Of a stretch of DNA of 64,000 nt, positions 18,285 through 27,907 are shown piece after piece. Every line of letters starts with the position of its first letter. Position 1 is the first letter of the stretch. The stretch is from positions 227-64,226 of the forward strand of contig CAZLNX010000001.1 of assembly GCA_964560795.1 (NCBI GenBank), written 5' to 3'. A model generated the notes under the pieces. It saw only the letters and a list, made by a program, of their open reading frames with translations. It was not told the DNA's origin and made no database searches. The DNA is from an uncultured Anaerolineales bacterium (GTDB lineage Bacteria; Chloroflexota; Anaerolineae; Anaerolineales; UBA11858). The position numbers and the translations under genes are program-made.

Positions 18285-20548
18285 TGTTTTTCTCCTTCAA
18301 TTGCGGCCAACACCCGTTCAGGGGTCAGCGGGATTTGGGTCATTCGTATTCCAATGGCATCAGAGACAGCATTGGCAATAGCAGGGGCGGTGGACATCAG
18401 CGAAGGCTCGCCAATACCAACCGCACCATGGGGGCCCAGAGGTTCCGGAATTTCGAGCAGCTTCGTGACTGTCTCTGGCGCATCCAACGAGGTTGGGATC
18501 AGAAAACTTTCCAGGGAATCGCTTAATGTGCGGCCGTCTTCCACGACCAGCTCTTCCATGAGCGAGTAGCCGGTGCCCATGGTGCAGGCTCCCAGCAACT
18601 GGCCGTAGGCGCCGCCATAATTGATGATGCGACCCACGTTCTGGACAGCGTAGATCTTTTCGACGACCACTTCGCCGGTTTCGATATCCACCAGCACCTG
18701 GGCGATCTGCGTTCCAAAGGCTGAGGGACCGACGCCGACATAATCGCTCTTCCCATATATCTCTTCGGGAAATTCCATGGCATAAAAGCCATCGGCATGC
18801 ATGGGGCGGTTGGCAAAGGTGGCCTTGGCCGCCAACTGGGGGACGGTGTAATTGAGCAGTTCTCCCTCGGCATACAAACGACCACCTTTCAGGGATAACA
18901 GGTCCATGGGGAGACCGGTTTCCTCGGCAGCAGTTTCTATCAAACTGTTGCGGATCACAGCTGAGCCCCTTAGTACTGCATTCCCGGAGACGAAAGTCTG
19001 ACGAGAGGCTGCGCTGGGTCCTGCATCCAGTGTTTTGTCTGTATCCGGGCCGATCACCCGGACAGAATTCAGATCCACGCCCAGGGTTTCGGCAGCTATA
19101 CTTGCCAGGACTGTGAAGACACCCTGGCCCATATCTACCGCGGCTGTGCGCAAGACCACTGTCCCGTCTGTAGCCATCTCAGCAATCACGCTGGCATTAT
19201 CCTGGCCTCTGCCCAGGCCGATGACAAACCAGGTCGATGACAAACCCCAACCGCGCCGCAAATTGGGCGCGGGCTGGCGTTCAACCTGATCACGCCCCTG
19301 CCAATCGGCCATCTTGGCGGCATCTTCCATGCCCACTTTGATGGCTTTCACTTCGCGGATTGTGGCGCCCATAGGGGTTGGCTGATCTTTTTCTATCGCA
19401 TTGCGCATCCGAACTTCCAGGGGGTCCAGACCCAGTTCTTTTGCCAGGGCATCCATCTGGCCTTCATAGGCCAGCGCCACCTGCGGGCCGCCAAAGCCGC
19501 GCATCGCCCCGCCGATGGGGTTATTGGTTCGCACACAAAAAGCTTCAATCCGAGCATTGGGTACAAAGTAAGGGCCAGTGGAAACAGATGCCCCAAACCC
19601 CATGATATAGCGGCCAGCATTTTCGTAGGGTCCGGTGTCTCCGATGGTCTCGATTTGAACGGCTGTGAGTTTCCCGTCGGATTGCGCCCCCAGGCGGTGC
19701 TTGACGATCACCGGCACACGCTTGACATGTGTCAGGATCGACTCTTCCCGGCTGCGCATCAGGCGTACCGGCTTTCCCGTCACCCGTGCCAGTAAGGCGG
19801 CATGGATCTGAACGTGGACTTCGTCCTTGGCACCGAATCCCCCACCCACAAACGGTGTGACTACACGCACGCTGTGCTCGGGAATATTCAAAGAACGGGC
19901 AATCTGCATGCGGTCTCGATGCGGGGCTTGATTCGAAGCATAAACAACCACCGTACCATCGAGGTCAATATAGGCCAGAGCACCTTCAGGCTCTAGAAAA
20001 GCGTGCTCGATCCATTGGGTCCGATAGGTATTCTCGATGATCACATCGGCGGTATCAAAGCCCGCATCCACATCTCCAATTTCGAACAGTGCGCTGGGGA
20101 TGACATTGTCATAACCGGGCAGCGCATCTGCAGCATCGGGGCTCATCGCTTCGACGGGATCAAAAATCCCTGGCAAAGGTTCATACTCCACCGCGACGGC
20201 ATCCAAGCCTGCCTGAGCCGCGTCTTCATCTTCAGCGGCCAATGCCACGATGGCATCGCCCAGGTAATTGACGCGATCGACAGCCAGCAGCGGCATATCG
20301 GCCTCGTGGTAAAGATAACTGTTCTCGCCAGGGATATCTGCATGAGTCAACACAGCTACAACGCCGGGCACGGCGCGCGCCGCCTCAACATCGATATTGA
20401 GAATGCGGGCGCAGGGATGAGCGCTGTACAAGAGCTTGCCGATCAGCATCCCGGGCATGTGGAGATCCTTGGTGTAGCGCGCCGCGCCGGTTAGCAGTTG
20501 CTGGTTTTGAATTGCAGGAGCAGGAGCACCAATGACATCATTGGACAT
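18281..20548 (-). CDS. xanthine dehydrogenase-family molybdopterin-binding large subunit
   Basis: 755 aa. Block PFVGGGFGAKDE and C-terminal GIGEPS active-site Glu context. Its start overlaps the end of the 2Fe-2S subunit by 11 nt. Confidence 0.9.
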   Translation of the reverse strand: MSNDVIGAPAPAIQNQQLLTGAARYTKDLHMPGMLIGKLLYSAHPCARILNIDVEAARAVPGVVAVLTHADIPGENSYLYHEADMPLLAVDRVNYLGDAIVALAAEDEDAAQAGLDAVAVEYEPLPGIFDPVEAMSPDAADALPGYDNVIPSALFEIGDVDAGFDTADVIIENTYRTQWIEHAFLEPEGALAYIDLDGTVVVYASNQAPHRDRMQIARSLNIPEHSVRVVTPFVGGGFGAKDEVHVQIHAALLARVTGKPVRLMRSREESILTHVKRVPVIVKHRLGAQSDGKLTAVQIETIGDTGPYENAGRYIMGFGASVSTGPYFVPNARIEAFCVRTNNPIGGAMRGFGGPQVALAYEGQMDALAKELGLDPLEVRMRNAIEKDQPTPMGATIREVKAIKVGMEDAAKMADWQGRDQVERQPAPNLRRGWGLSSTWFVIGLGRGQDNASVIAEMATDGTVVLRTAAVDMGQGVFTVLASIAAETLGVDLNSVRVIGPDTDKTLDAGPSAASRQTFVSGNAVLRGSAVIRNSLIETAAEETGLPMDLLSLKGGRLYAEGELLNYTVPQLAAKATFANRPMHADGFYAMEFPEEIYGKSDYVGVGPSAFGTQIAQVLVDIETGEVVVEKIYAVQNVGRIINYGGAYGQLLGACTMGTGYSLMEELVVEDGRTLSDSLESFLIPTSLDAPETVTKLLEIPEPLGPHGAVGIGEPSLMSTAPAIANAVSDAIGIRMTQIPLTPERVLAAIEGEKQ

Positions 20549-21041
20549 CGCTCACCTCCTGGATCATAGCAGCGGCATGCTTCACCGAATCGATTATCGG
20601 CGCATAACCCGTACAACGACATAAATTCCCGGCGATGGCCCGTTGAATCTCCTCACGGGTGGGGTCCGGTTTCTTTTGCAATAGTGCATAACTTGACAAC
20701 AACACCCCAGGGGTGCAGAAACCGCACTGCAAACCCCACTTCTCGGCGAAGGCTTGCTGCAAAACACCCAGCTCGCCATCGGGTGCCAGCCCTTCGACGG
20801 TTAGCAATTCCTTCCCATCTGCCTGGGGTGCCAGTACGAGACAGGAATTCACGGCCCTGCCATCCATGAGAACAACGCATGCGCCACAATCCCCCTGGCT
20901 GCAGCCATCCTTTGTTCCCGTTAATCCCAGATCTTCTCGTAAAAGGTGCAAAAGGGTCTGGTGAGGAGCAGTTGTTACCTGTTTTTGCTCTCCATTCACA
21001 GTAAATTGGATTTCTACGTCGGCCATTAATTTTTCCTTCAA
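20538..21041 (-). CDS. [2Fe-2S] small subunit of Mo hydroxylase
   Basis: 167 aa with CSQGDCGACVV and CRCTGY cysteine clusters. Confidence 0.9.
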   Translation of the reverse strand: MKEKLMADVEIQFTVNGEQKQVTTAPHQTLLHLLREDLGLTGTKDGCSQGDCGACVVLMDGRAVNSCLVLAPQADGKELLTVEGLAPDGELGVLQQAFAEKWGLQCGFCTPGVLLSSYALLQKKPDPTREEIQRAIAGNLCRCTGYAPIIDSVKHAAAMIQEVSDVQ

Positions 21042-21051
21042 ATTAGCAGGA

Positions 21052-22434
21052 TTACTTTAACAACATTTTTGCACGCTGGTTATGCTTTTCAACGTGCGTC
21101 CCAAGATCGGTGGTTTGCAGGCAGCCCTCTTTAACGATGAACTTACCGCCAATTACGGTGTAATCCGCTGTCACTGGCGCACAAAAGACCAACGCTGCCA
21201 GGGGATCATGCAGCGCTCCCGTGAATGCCAGCTGATCCAGATTGACAGCAAAGAAATCAGCGCATTTACCAACTTCCAGGGAACCAATATCATCACGCCC
21301 TAACACCGCCGCGCTCCCACGGGTGGCTACACGCAGGGCCTGACGGGCAGTCATCAGCGGAGACGATTCATCTCCGGATAATGAAGCCCCTTCCAATCCG
21401 GCAGCCAAACGTGAAAGCAGCATTGCCTGACGAACTTCTCCAAGCATATGCGAGCCATCGTTGCTGGCAGAGCCATCCACACCCAGCCCCACCTTGACAC
21501 CCACCGTGAGCATCTTGAGCAGCGGTGCGATCCCCGAAGCCAAGCGCATATTCGAGCTCGGGCAGTGGGCCACCCCACAGCCCGTTTGGGCATATTGAGC
21601 AATTTCGGCGTCATTGACGTGCACCGAATGCGCAAACCAGACATCCGAGCCGATCCAATCGACCTGCTCCATATAGGCCACCGGCCGGTGACCGAACAAC
21701 TCAATGCAGAACTGCTCCTCGTCCTCGGTCTCCGCCAGGTGCGTATGCAGCTGCACACCATATTCTCTAGCCAAGGCAGCGCTGGCCTTCATCAAGTCAC
21801 CGGTGATGCTGAACGGGGAACAAGGCGCCAGCACAACCTGCGTCAGGGAGCCCGGGTTGGGGTCATGATACTGTTCGATCAGACGCTGGCTGTCTTTCAG
21901 GATGAAATCCTCGTCTTCCACCACGCTGTCCGGGGGCAGGCCGCCATCACTCTCGCCGCGGCTCATCGAACCCCGGCTGGCGTGCAGGCGCACGCCGATG
22001 TCCAACCCGGCCTGGATCTGGTCGTCCAACTTCGATCCATTGGGGAAGATATAGAGATGATCCGAAGCCGTTGTACACCCCGAGAGTGCCAATTCCGCCA
22101 GCGCTGTGATGGTCGAAACATAGATGTCTTCGGACTGCATGCGCGCCCAGATCGGATAGAGCGTTACCAGCCAGTTGAACAGGTTGGCATCCTGCGCGGC
22201 AGGCACCGCCCGGGTCAGCGTCTGGTAGAAGTGGTGATGGGTATTGATCAGGCCTGGCAGCACCACATGGCCTGACAGGTCGAGCACCTCATCGGCTGTT
22301 TCGGGCAGTTCTGATGAAACACCTACCTGCTCGATGAAGCCATCCCGAATGAACAAACCCCCATCACCAATTTCGCGTTCCTTGTCATCGAAGGTGGCCA
22401 GCAGGGTTGCATTTCGAACGAGTAAGGTTGACAT
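21052..22434 (-). CDS. amidohydrolase, 8-oxoguanine/isoxanthopterin deaminase-like
   Basis: 460 aa. Blocks PGLINTHHHFYQTLTR, LYPIWAR, SGCTTASDH, LAPCSPFS, HTHLAE, CPSSNMRLASG, GVDGSASND. From memory these match the 8-oxoguanine deaminase / hydroxyatrazine hydrolase clade. Confidence 0.8.
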   Translation of the reverse strand: MSTLLVRNATLLATFDDKEREIGDGGLFIRDGFIEQVGVSSELPETADEVLDLSGHVVLPGLINTHHHFYQTLTRAVPAAQDANLFNWLVTLYPIWARMQSEDIYVSTITALAELALSGCTTASDHLYIFPNGSKLDDQIQAGLDIGVRLHASRGSMSRGESDGGLPPDSVVEDEDFILKDSQRLIEQYHDPNPGSLTQVVLAPCSPFSITGDLMKASAALAREYGVQLHTHLAETEDEEQFCIELFGHRPVAYMEQVDWIGSDVWFAHSVHVNDAEIAQYAQTGCGVAHCPSSNMRLASGIAPLLKMLTVGVKVGLGVDGSASNDGSHMLGEVRQAMLLSRLAAGLEGASLSGDESSPLMTARQALRVATRGSAAVLGRDDIGSLEVGKCADFFAVNLDQLAFTGALHDPLAALVFCAPVTADYTVIGGKFIVKEGCLQTTDLGTHVEKHNQRAKMLLK

Positions 22435-22479
22435 GAAAATCTCCTAACAATGCAACTTACATCATCACATTCCAGATGT

Positions 22480-23862
22480 TTATAACGGTTTCCAGGGCTT
22501 GACCTGCAAGGTGCCGTTGATCAGTTCTTTCGAGATCACATTGTGGTGGCTCATGACCCTTGGCAGGTCAATTGTGGTGAGTTGGCCCTGATCTATGACT
22601 AATCGTCCGTTGATCACCGAGTAATTCACGTTGACCGGGTGACAAAAGATCAGGGAAGCGGTCAGATCAGCCGAAGTGCCGATAAACCCAATCTGATCCA
22701 GGTCATAGGCCACAAAATCTGCCGCCATGCCGGGAGCCAGATATCCAATATCATCACGGCCCAGCACCTTTGCCCCACCCCGGGTGGCCATCTCCAGCGC
22801 TTCGCGCGCTTTGAGGGCATCCGGTCCACCAAGCACCCGCTGCAGCAGCATGGCTTGTCGCGCCTCCGCCAGCAGATGTCCGGCGTCATTGGCTGCCGCG
22901 CCATCGACGCCCAGTCCGGTGGGTACGCCCGCATCCAGGAACTTACGGATCGGTGCAATACCCGCGGCCGTGCGCATATTGGAATTGGGGCAGTGGCAGA
23001 TGCCGGTTTGTGTGCGGGCAAATTGCTCGATCTCTTGATCGTCCAGCATCACACAATGTGCATGCCAGACATCATCCCCAATCCAACCCACATCCTCGGC
23101 ATATTCTCCCGGACGCATACCAAAGGTCTCCTGGCTGTACTTGATATCTTCGGGGTTTTCCGCCAGGTGGGTGTGCATCCGCACACCGTAACTGCGGGCC
23201 AATTTGGATGATTCGCGCATCAAGTCCTGGCTGACGCTGAACGGAGAACAGGGAGCCAGGCCGACTCGCATCATGGCATAGCGATCTGGATCATGGTAAC
23301 TTTCGATCAATCGGCGGGAATCTTTTAGAATTTCAGCCTCATCTTCCACGACCCGATCCGGAGGCAAACCGCCTTTGCTCTCCCCGATGCTCATACTGCC
23401 GCGCATGGCATGGAAGCGCATGCCGATCCTCTCGGCCGCTTCGATTTCATCATCCAATCGGCAATCATTGGGGTAAATATAGAGGTGGTCGCTGGCCGTA
23501 GTACAGCCGGAAAGCAGCAATTCAGCAAGTCCGGTCAAGGTGGAGTAATAGACCCCCTCGGAGGTCAGCCCAGCCCAGATGGGGTATAAGGTTTGCAGCC
23601 AGACAAACAGCGTAGAATCCTGGCACTTTGGGATCACGCGCGTCAAACCCTGGTAGAGATGATGATGGGTATTGACCAATCCGGGAATGACGATGTGGTT
23701 TTCCAGATCGAGCACACGATCCGCACTGTCAGGCAGCGCGCTCGTTGGTCCGACTTGCTCGATTACACCATCACGCACAAACAGGCCCCCACCGGGGATC
23801 TCGCGCCGCTCGTCATCCATAGTGGCGAGCATGGCCGCGTTTTTGACTAAGATTGTGCTCAT
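22480..23862 (-). CDS. amidohydrolase, 8-oxoguanine/isoxanthopterin deaminase-like (tandem paralog)
   Basis: 460 aa, colinear with 21052..22434 and carrying the same blocks (PGLVNTHHHLYQGLTR, LYPIWAG, CPNSNMRTAAG, GVDGAAAND). Confidence 0.8.
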   Translation of the reverse strand: MSTILVKNAAMLATMDDERREIPGGGLFVRDGVIEQVGPTSALPDSADRVLDLENHIVIPGLVNTHHHLYQGLTRVIPKCQDSTLFVWLQTLYPIWAGLTSEGVYYSTLTGLAELLLSGCTTASDHLYIYPNDCRLDDEIEAAERIGMRFHAMRGSMSIGESKGGLPPDRVVEDEAEILKDSRRLIESYHDPDRYAMMRVGLAPCSPFSVSQDLMRESSKLARSYGVRMHTHLAENPEDIKYSQETFGMRPGEYAEDVGWIGDDVWHAHCVMLDDQEIEQFARTQTGICHCPNSNMRTAAGIAPIRKFLDAGVPTGLGVDGAAANDAGHLLAEARQAMLLQRVLGGPDALKAREALEMATRGGAKVLGRDDIGYLAPGMAADFVAYDLDQIGFIGTSADLTASLIFCHPVNVNYSVINGRLVIDQGQLTTIDLPRVMSHHNVISKELINGTLQVKPWKPL

Positions 23863-24051
23863 TCCTGCAATCCTTCACTAAATTTGTTACTATACATCTG
23901 AATAATAGCCACAGATAAATTGGATATATTGGATGTGAAACAAAAAATCTGTATTGATCTTATTCATCTGTGGTCAATTATTAGCCAAAATAGTTCCATA
24001 TTGGTCTTCCAACGCTCAATGTACGGTAGAGAATGCAATACCAACTTTGAT

Positions 24052-25425
24052 TCAGTTAAGGCCTAGACCCATTCCAACCAGCTCATTTTTGACTTCGTCA
24101 TACATTCCCTGCCATTCAGGCTTGGGCTGGATTCTCTCGACATCATAGACCTCGTCAAAAGGCTTGCCAATCGGTTTACGCTCCAACACGGGTTCATAGT
24201 GACCGAGGAGTTGCTTCACGATTTCGTCCGCCTGGCATCTTTCCATGCCCAGCGCGGCGCGGGAAACTTCTCCGCAAATCTTTGAATCCAACCCGCTGGC
24301 ATGCTTGTGATTGACACCACTGGCAGACATACTGGACTCCACCACCGATATGCCGGAAGCCACATTTGCGATGGTCAAGGCAGCGTTTTCATAGAGAATC
24401 GACTTGGTTCCGGGCCCGCTGGCAGGTTTGTTCATCGAAGCCAGGATAAGACCTGTATTCCTGGACAGCGCCTGGAATGCTAGGCTCTGCGCCCATACTT
24501 GGGGCGTTGTAGTGCCGCAGTGCAAGTTGGGGTGCGCGGAGCTCACACTGAGGGTTGTGCCCATATAGTTTTGGTTCAGTATGATGGGTCCTGCAGTCAA
24601 GCCAATCGCCATGCCCTCTGGCCCGCCAAAGAACCCGCCGTAAATGACATTCAGGTAGGCTTCGATATTGCCGCCAATTCGGGTTGTGTGGGCTACTTTT
24701 GAGAGCAGTTCGTAATTTGTCTTGAACTCGCTGATCACCGAACAGTGATGCCAATCGCTAGGGCTGAAAGCGCCATAGGATGGGGAGATCTGCCCGGCGG
24801 CCGTAGAAGATATGGTCACACAAGCAATCCCCATCCCCGGTCTACCAGCCATGTGTACAACTTGCTTTGCCAGATCGGCTTCTTTCCAACCGCCAAGAAT
24901 TTCCCACGGGGAGCCTGCCTTGATCGGCATACCGTGGACAGAGAGTATCGATGCCGGTTCAAGCAGGTCAATGACGGGCTCCTGGGCATAGCTGAGCATC
25001 ATGGGGATAAACAATTCATCGGGAACCGATACACCCACAGCGCCTCCCGAAACCACCACGGGGCTGTCATCGTCGGGCACACGCGCCCTCAGTGTAACAG
25101 CATCGTATCCCTCACCGATCACGGCCTCGCTAGGACAAAAATGAATGCCCTGCTCATACTCCTGGCGAGACCAGGCAATTCTACGGCTGGTATCCTGGCA
25201 GAACATACCTACTTCAACGGCAAATTCCATCCCAGCTTCGAACAGGCGGTCCGCCATATCATCGTCGCTGGAAACGATCGTATTTCTATCAAAGTGGATG
25301 CCATAGTCCTTAATCAGCCTTTTTACCGTTGAGCGGATAAGCTGAGCATCAAACTCTTTTTCTTCGATCAACGGCCCAGTTTCAGCCCGGCGCAGGATTT
25401 CTGGCAGTCTGCCTCTGTGCTTCAT
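24052..25425 (-). CDS. MttB-superfamily methyltransferase paralog 2 (subfamily A)
   Basis: The track ORF runs to 25470. ATG at 25425 (MKHRGRLPEILRRAETGP) aligns with the N-termini of paralogs 1, 6 and 8 and has AAGGAAG upstream. Confidence 0.85.
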   Translation of the reverse strand: MKHRGRLPEILRRAETGPLIEEKEFDAQLIRSTVKRLIKDYGIHFDRNTIVSSDDDMADRLFEAGMEFAVEVGMFCQDTSRRIAWSRQEYEQGIHFCPSEAVIGEGYDAVTLRARVPDDDSPVVVSGGAVGVSVPDELFIPMMLSYAQEPVIDLLEPASILSVHGMPIKAGSPWEILGGWKEADLAKQVVHMAGRPGMGIACVTISSTAAGQISPSYGAFSPSDWHHCSVISEFKTNYELLSKVAHTTRIGGNIEAYLNVIYGGFFGGPEGMAIGLTAGPIILNQNYMGTTLSVSSAHPNLHCGTTTPQVWAQSLAFQALSRNTGLILASMNKPASGPGTKSILYENAALTIANVASGISVVESSMSASGVNHKHASGLDSKICGEVSRAALGMERCQADEIVKQLLGHYEPVLERKPIGKPFDEVYDVERIQPKPEWQGMYDEVKNELVGMGLGLN

Positions 25426-25548
25426 AAATTCTTCCTTTTTTTCAAGTGACTGCAATCGGCGAGAGGCCAAACGTATCGCCTGGCCTGATCGCCTATTGCA
25501 ATTTTCGTATCATGTTAGCTTTATCAATTATTGATAATGTGATCTTTC

Positions 25549-26937
25549 CTACAGCGGCATACCTAAGTCAATGGCTTCTTGCTTGACTTCATCATACATG
25601 GCATGCCACTCAGGTTTGGCTTCGAATTTTTCAAGATCATAGACATCGGTGACAATCTTGCCAACATCTGGGGTCTTGATGGCGTCTTCATATTTGGGCA
25701 ATATCACCTTGGCAATTTCGTTGACTTTCTCTAACGACATCCCCGAGGCTGCACGGGCAACCTCAGCCACCCATTTGCATTCCAAAGGCGACAGATAATC
25801 ATCCAATTTACCGCCAGCAGAGCGCGGGCCGGTAGACAATGACACACCGGATGCAGAAAGCGTCGCCTGCCCTACCAAGGTTTCATACAGCAAGGTCTTT
25901 GTGCCGGGACCAGAAACCTGGTTGGCGATGCCCTGGGTAAGGATACTGGTATTGCGGCTCAACGCTTGATGGACAACCGACAATGCCCAGATACCTTCCC
26001 GATTGACGTTGGAAAGGTAGCGGATATCATAAAGCTCACCACCGCCTACATCAGCCAGCAAAATAGGATACTGCAATAATCCTGCAGCAATACTCGACAA
26101 TGCCGCGCCTTCGGGTGGGCCGGGCATACCACCGATCATCCCTGGTGAACCGGCAAAGATTATCCCGCCCACATTCAACGTGTGCACCACTTTATGCAGC
26201 GTCTGATAGTTGACCTTCAACTCCGAAGGATAAAGAATTAATGACAAGTCTGTCGTAGGCAGCGCGCCAGCGATACCGTATCCGCCAAACTGGCCGTACT
26301 CGGTTACCGCCGAGATCTGCCCCACGCCGCCCATACCCGGTCGGCCAACTTTCGCCCGAATTTCGACATGCATCTTGGCTTGCTCAAAACCCACCAGGGT
26401 TTCTGAGGGCGCGTCGGGGATGACGTCGATGCCATGGATCGATTTCAGTGAGCCACCTTCCAGTAGATCGACTTCTTTCTGGCGGGCAATCCCTTCGGTC
26501 ACCAGCGGCCATATATCTTCAGACATGGTGATGCCCAGCGAGGCGATCATCTTCGTGGGATAGGGGTCTGAAGGCGTGCGCGCTTTGATGACCGAGGCAT
26601 CCTCCCCATAGCCCACGGTGATTTCGGACGGCGCGGCTTTGATGGCGGCATCCAGTTCCTCTTCAGAGACCTTGATAATGCGGTCGGTGGTCTCACACAA
26701 CATACCTAATTCCAGCGCGAGTTCATAGCCCGCTTTGAAAAAGCGATCCGCCAATTCACTATCCTGGTTGACAGGATTCCCCTGATCGCAGGTTTTCGCA
26801 AGATCATATTTGTTTAGCTTTTCGCGCACGGCCTTCGGAATGCGCTTGACATCCCATTCTTTGACGGTGCAGTATTCGCCGTTTTGTGAACGGTCTAAAA
26901 TTTTGATGATTTCCGGCTTATTCATTATTCTCTCCAA
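25549..26937 (-). CDS. MttB-superfamily methyltransferase paralog 3 (divergent)
   Basis: 462 aa. Blocks ELADRFFKAGYELA, GPGTKTLLYE, SPLECKWVAEVARA. Starts 3 nt after the stop of the corrinoid protein gene. Confidence 0.8.
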   Translation of the reverse strand: MERIMNKPEIIKILDRSQNGEYCTVKEWDVKRIPKAVREKLNKYDLAKTCDQGNPVNQDSELADRFFKAGYELALELGMLCETTDRIIKVSEEELDAAIKAAPSEITVGYGEDASVIKARTPSDPYPTKMIASLGITMSEDIWPLVTEGIARQKEVDLLEGGSLKSIHGIDVIPDAPSETLVGFEQAKMHVEIRAKVGRPGMGGVGQISAVTEYGQFGGYGIAGALPTTDLSLILYPSELKVNYQTLHKVVHTLNVGGIIFAGSPGMIGGMPGPPEGAALSSIAAGLLQYPILLADVGGGELYDIRYLSNVNREGIWALSVVHQALSRNTSILTQGIANQVSGPGTKTLLYETLVGQATLSASGVSLSTGPRSAGGKLDDYLSPLECKWVAEVARAASGMSLEKVNEIAKVILPKYEDAIKTPDVGKIVTDVYDLEKFEAKPEWHAMYDEVKQEAIDLGMPL

Positions 26938-26940
26938 GAA

Positions 26941-27639
26941 TTAAGTTAATGCGCCCAGCACTAGGGGTTTGTCAAAGGGTGGCTTGGCTTCACCGCTCAT
27001 CACCTGACGGGTCAGTTCGGCAGCATCGCCGGCATCGCGGCCGTAGCCATCGGCGCCGATATCGGCAGCCCATTCGGGGGTCACCGGGCCGCCGCCTACG
27101 ATGACATAGAATTTCTCACGATTGCCCGAATCCACCAGGGTCTTGAGGATTTGGCTGAATAGAGGCTGGGTGGTAGACAGCAATGTCGAGATGGCAACCA
27201 CATCGGCCTTTTCGTCGATGGCAGCGCGCACAAAATCCTTGGGGGTCACATCGGTGCCCAGATCTTTGACTTTGAAGCCAGTAGCCATCAAGTAGGCGGC
27301 GACAATATTCTTACCGATATCGTGCATGTCGCCTTGAATGGTGCCGATCACGACGGTGCCACCGGCGGAGGCATCCAGATCATCGACCGAAATATGCGGC
27401 ACAATCACGTCCGAGGCCGCCCGGGCAGCATCGCCGATCATGATCAATTCTGGCAGGAAGAGGTCACCATCCTGGAAAGCTTTGCCGATATCTTCCATGG
27501 GCTCGTTGATGGCCTGCTTGATCAGCTTTGAGGGGTCCAGGCCTGCCTCGATAGCAGCCTTGGCCTTGAGAGGGGCGGCTTCTTCGTCGCCATCTACAAT
27601 CACTTGCCTTAAGGCATCAATCAATTCTTGGTTTGTCAT
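26941..27639 (-). CDS. corrinoid (B12-binding) methyl-carrier protein 1
   Basis: Helical cap region plus Rossmann B12 domain with GDMHDIGKNIV (DxHxxG) and IVGGG. The track ORF starts at TTG 27780. ATG at 27639 (MTNQELIDAL), preceded by GGAG, gives the usual length of about 230 aa. Confidence 0.85.
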   Translation of the reverse strand: MTNQELIDALRQVIVDGDEEAAPLKAKAAIEAGLDPSKLIKQAINEPMEDIGKAFQDGDLFLPELIMIGDAARAASDVIVPHISVDDLDASAGGTVVIGTIQGDMHDIGKNIVAAYLMATGFKVKDLGTDVTPKDFVRAAIDEKADVVAISTLLSTTQPLFSQILKTLVDSGNREKFYVIVGGGPVTPEWAADIGADGYGRDAGDAAELTRQVMSGEAKPPFDKPLVLGALT

Positions 27640-27907
27640 ATCAATTCTCCGTGTATTTTTTTCTTCTTTCAAGCCTTGCGCACGGATTGTCTGTTTTAGA
27701 CTTAAGGTCTCATCCTCTGCAGGATTCGTCTTAAGGTTGCTGTCCAATGCGTCCGATTTTTTCCAATCCAAGATATTCAATCAACTCATCAATACTTCTT
27801 TGAGCTTCCACTTGGATGGAAATCTCATCAACATTTTCAATTTTTTCTACTCTTCACCTCCTTAACGGTGTTGGGCTCTCCTAATAAGATCCTCAATAAT
27901 TTGATAC

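Noticed and set aside
23863-24051. Inverted repeat CCACAGAT ... ATCTGTGG and possible promoter in the gap upstream of the tandem deaminase genes
   Set aside because: The arms are only 8 bp and about 50 nt apart. The -35/-10 candidates are poor (TTATCT-18-TATAGT). The evidence is insufficient for a call.
24052-25470. N-terminal extensions of track ORFs (also 11754..12950, 12883..13434, 26941..27780, 27908..29413, 38440..39681, 47327..48757, 48735..50279, 57722..58924 and 58986..59813)
   Set aside because: The extensions overlap the upstream gene, are Arg/Cys/Trp-rich, and lack counterparts in the paralogs. Internal ATGs with AGGAG-like sites give N-termini that align with family members and remove the overlaps.
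25522-25536. Palindrome TATCAAT-T-ATTGATA between MttB paralogs 3 and 2 as an operator
   Set aside because: It is AT-rich, occurs only once and has no partner site or adjacent regulator gene. It could equally be chance or a weak hairpin, so it is not called as a feature.
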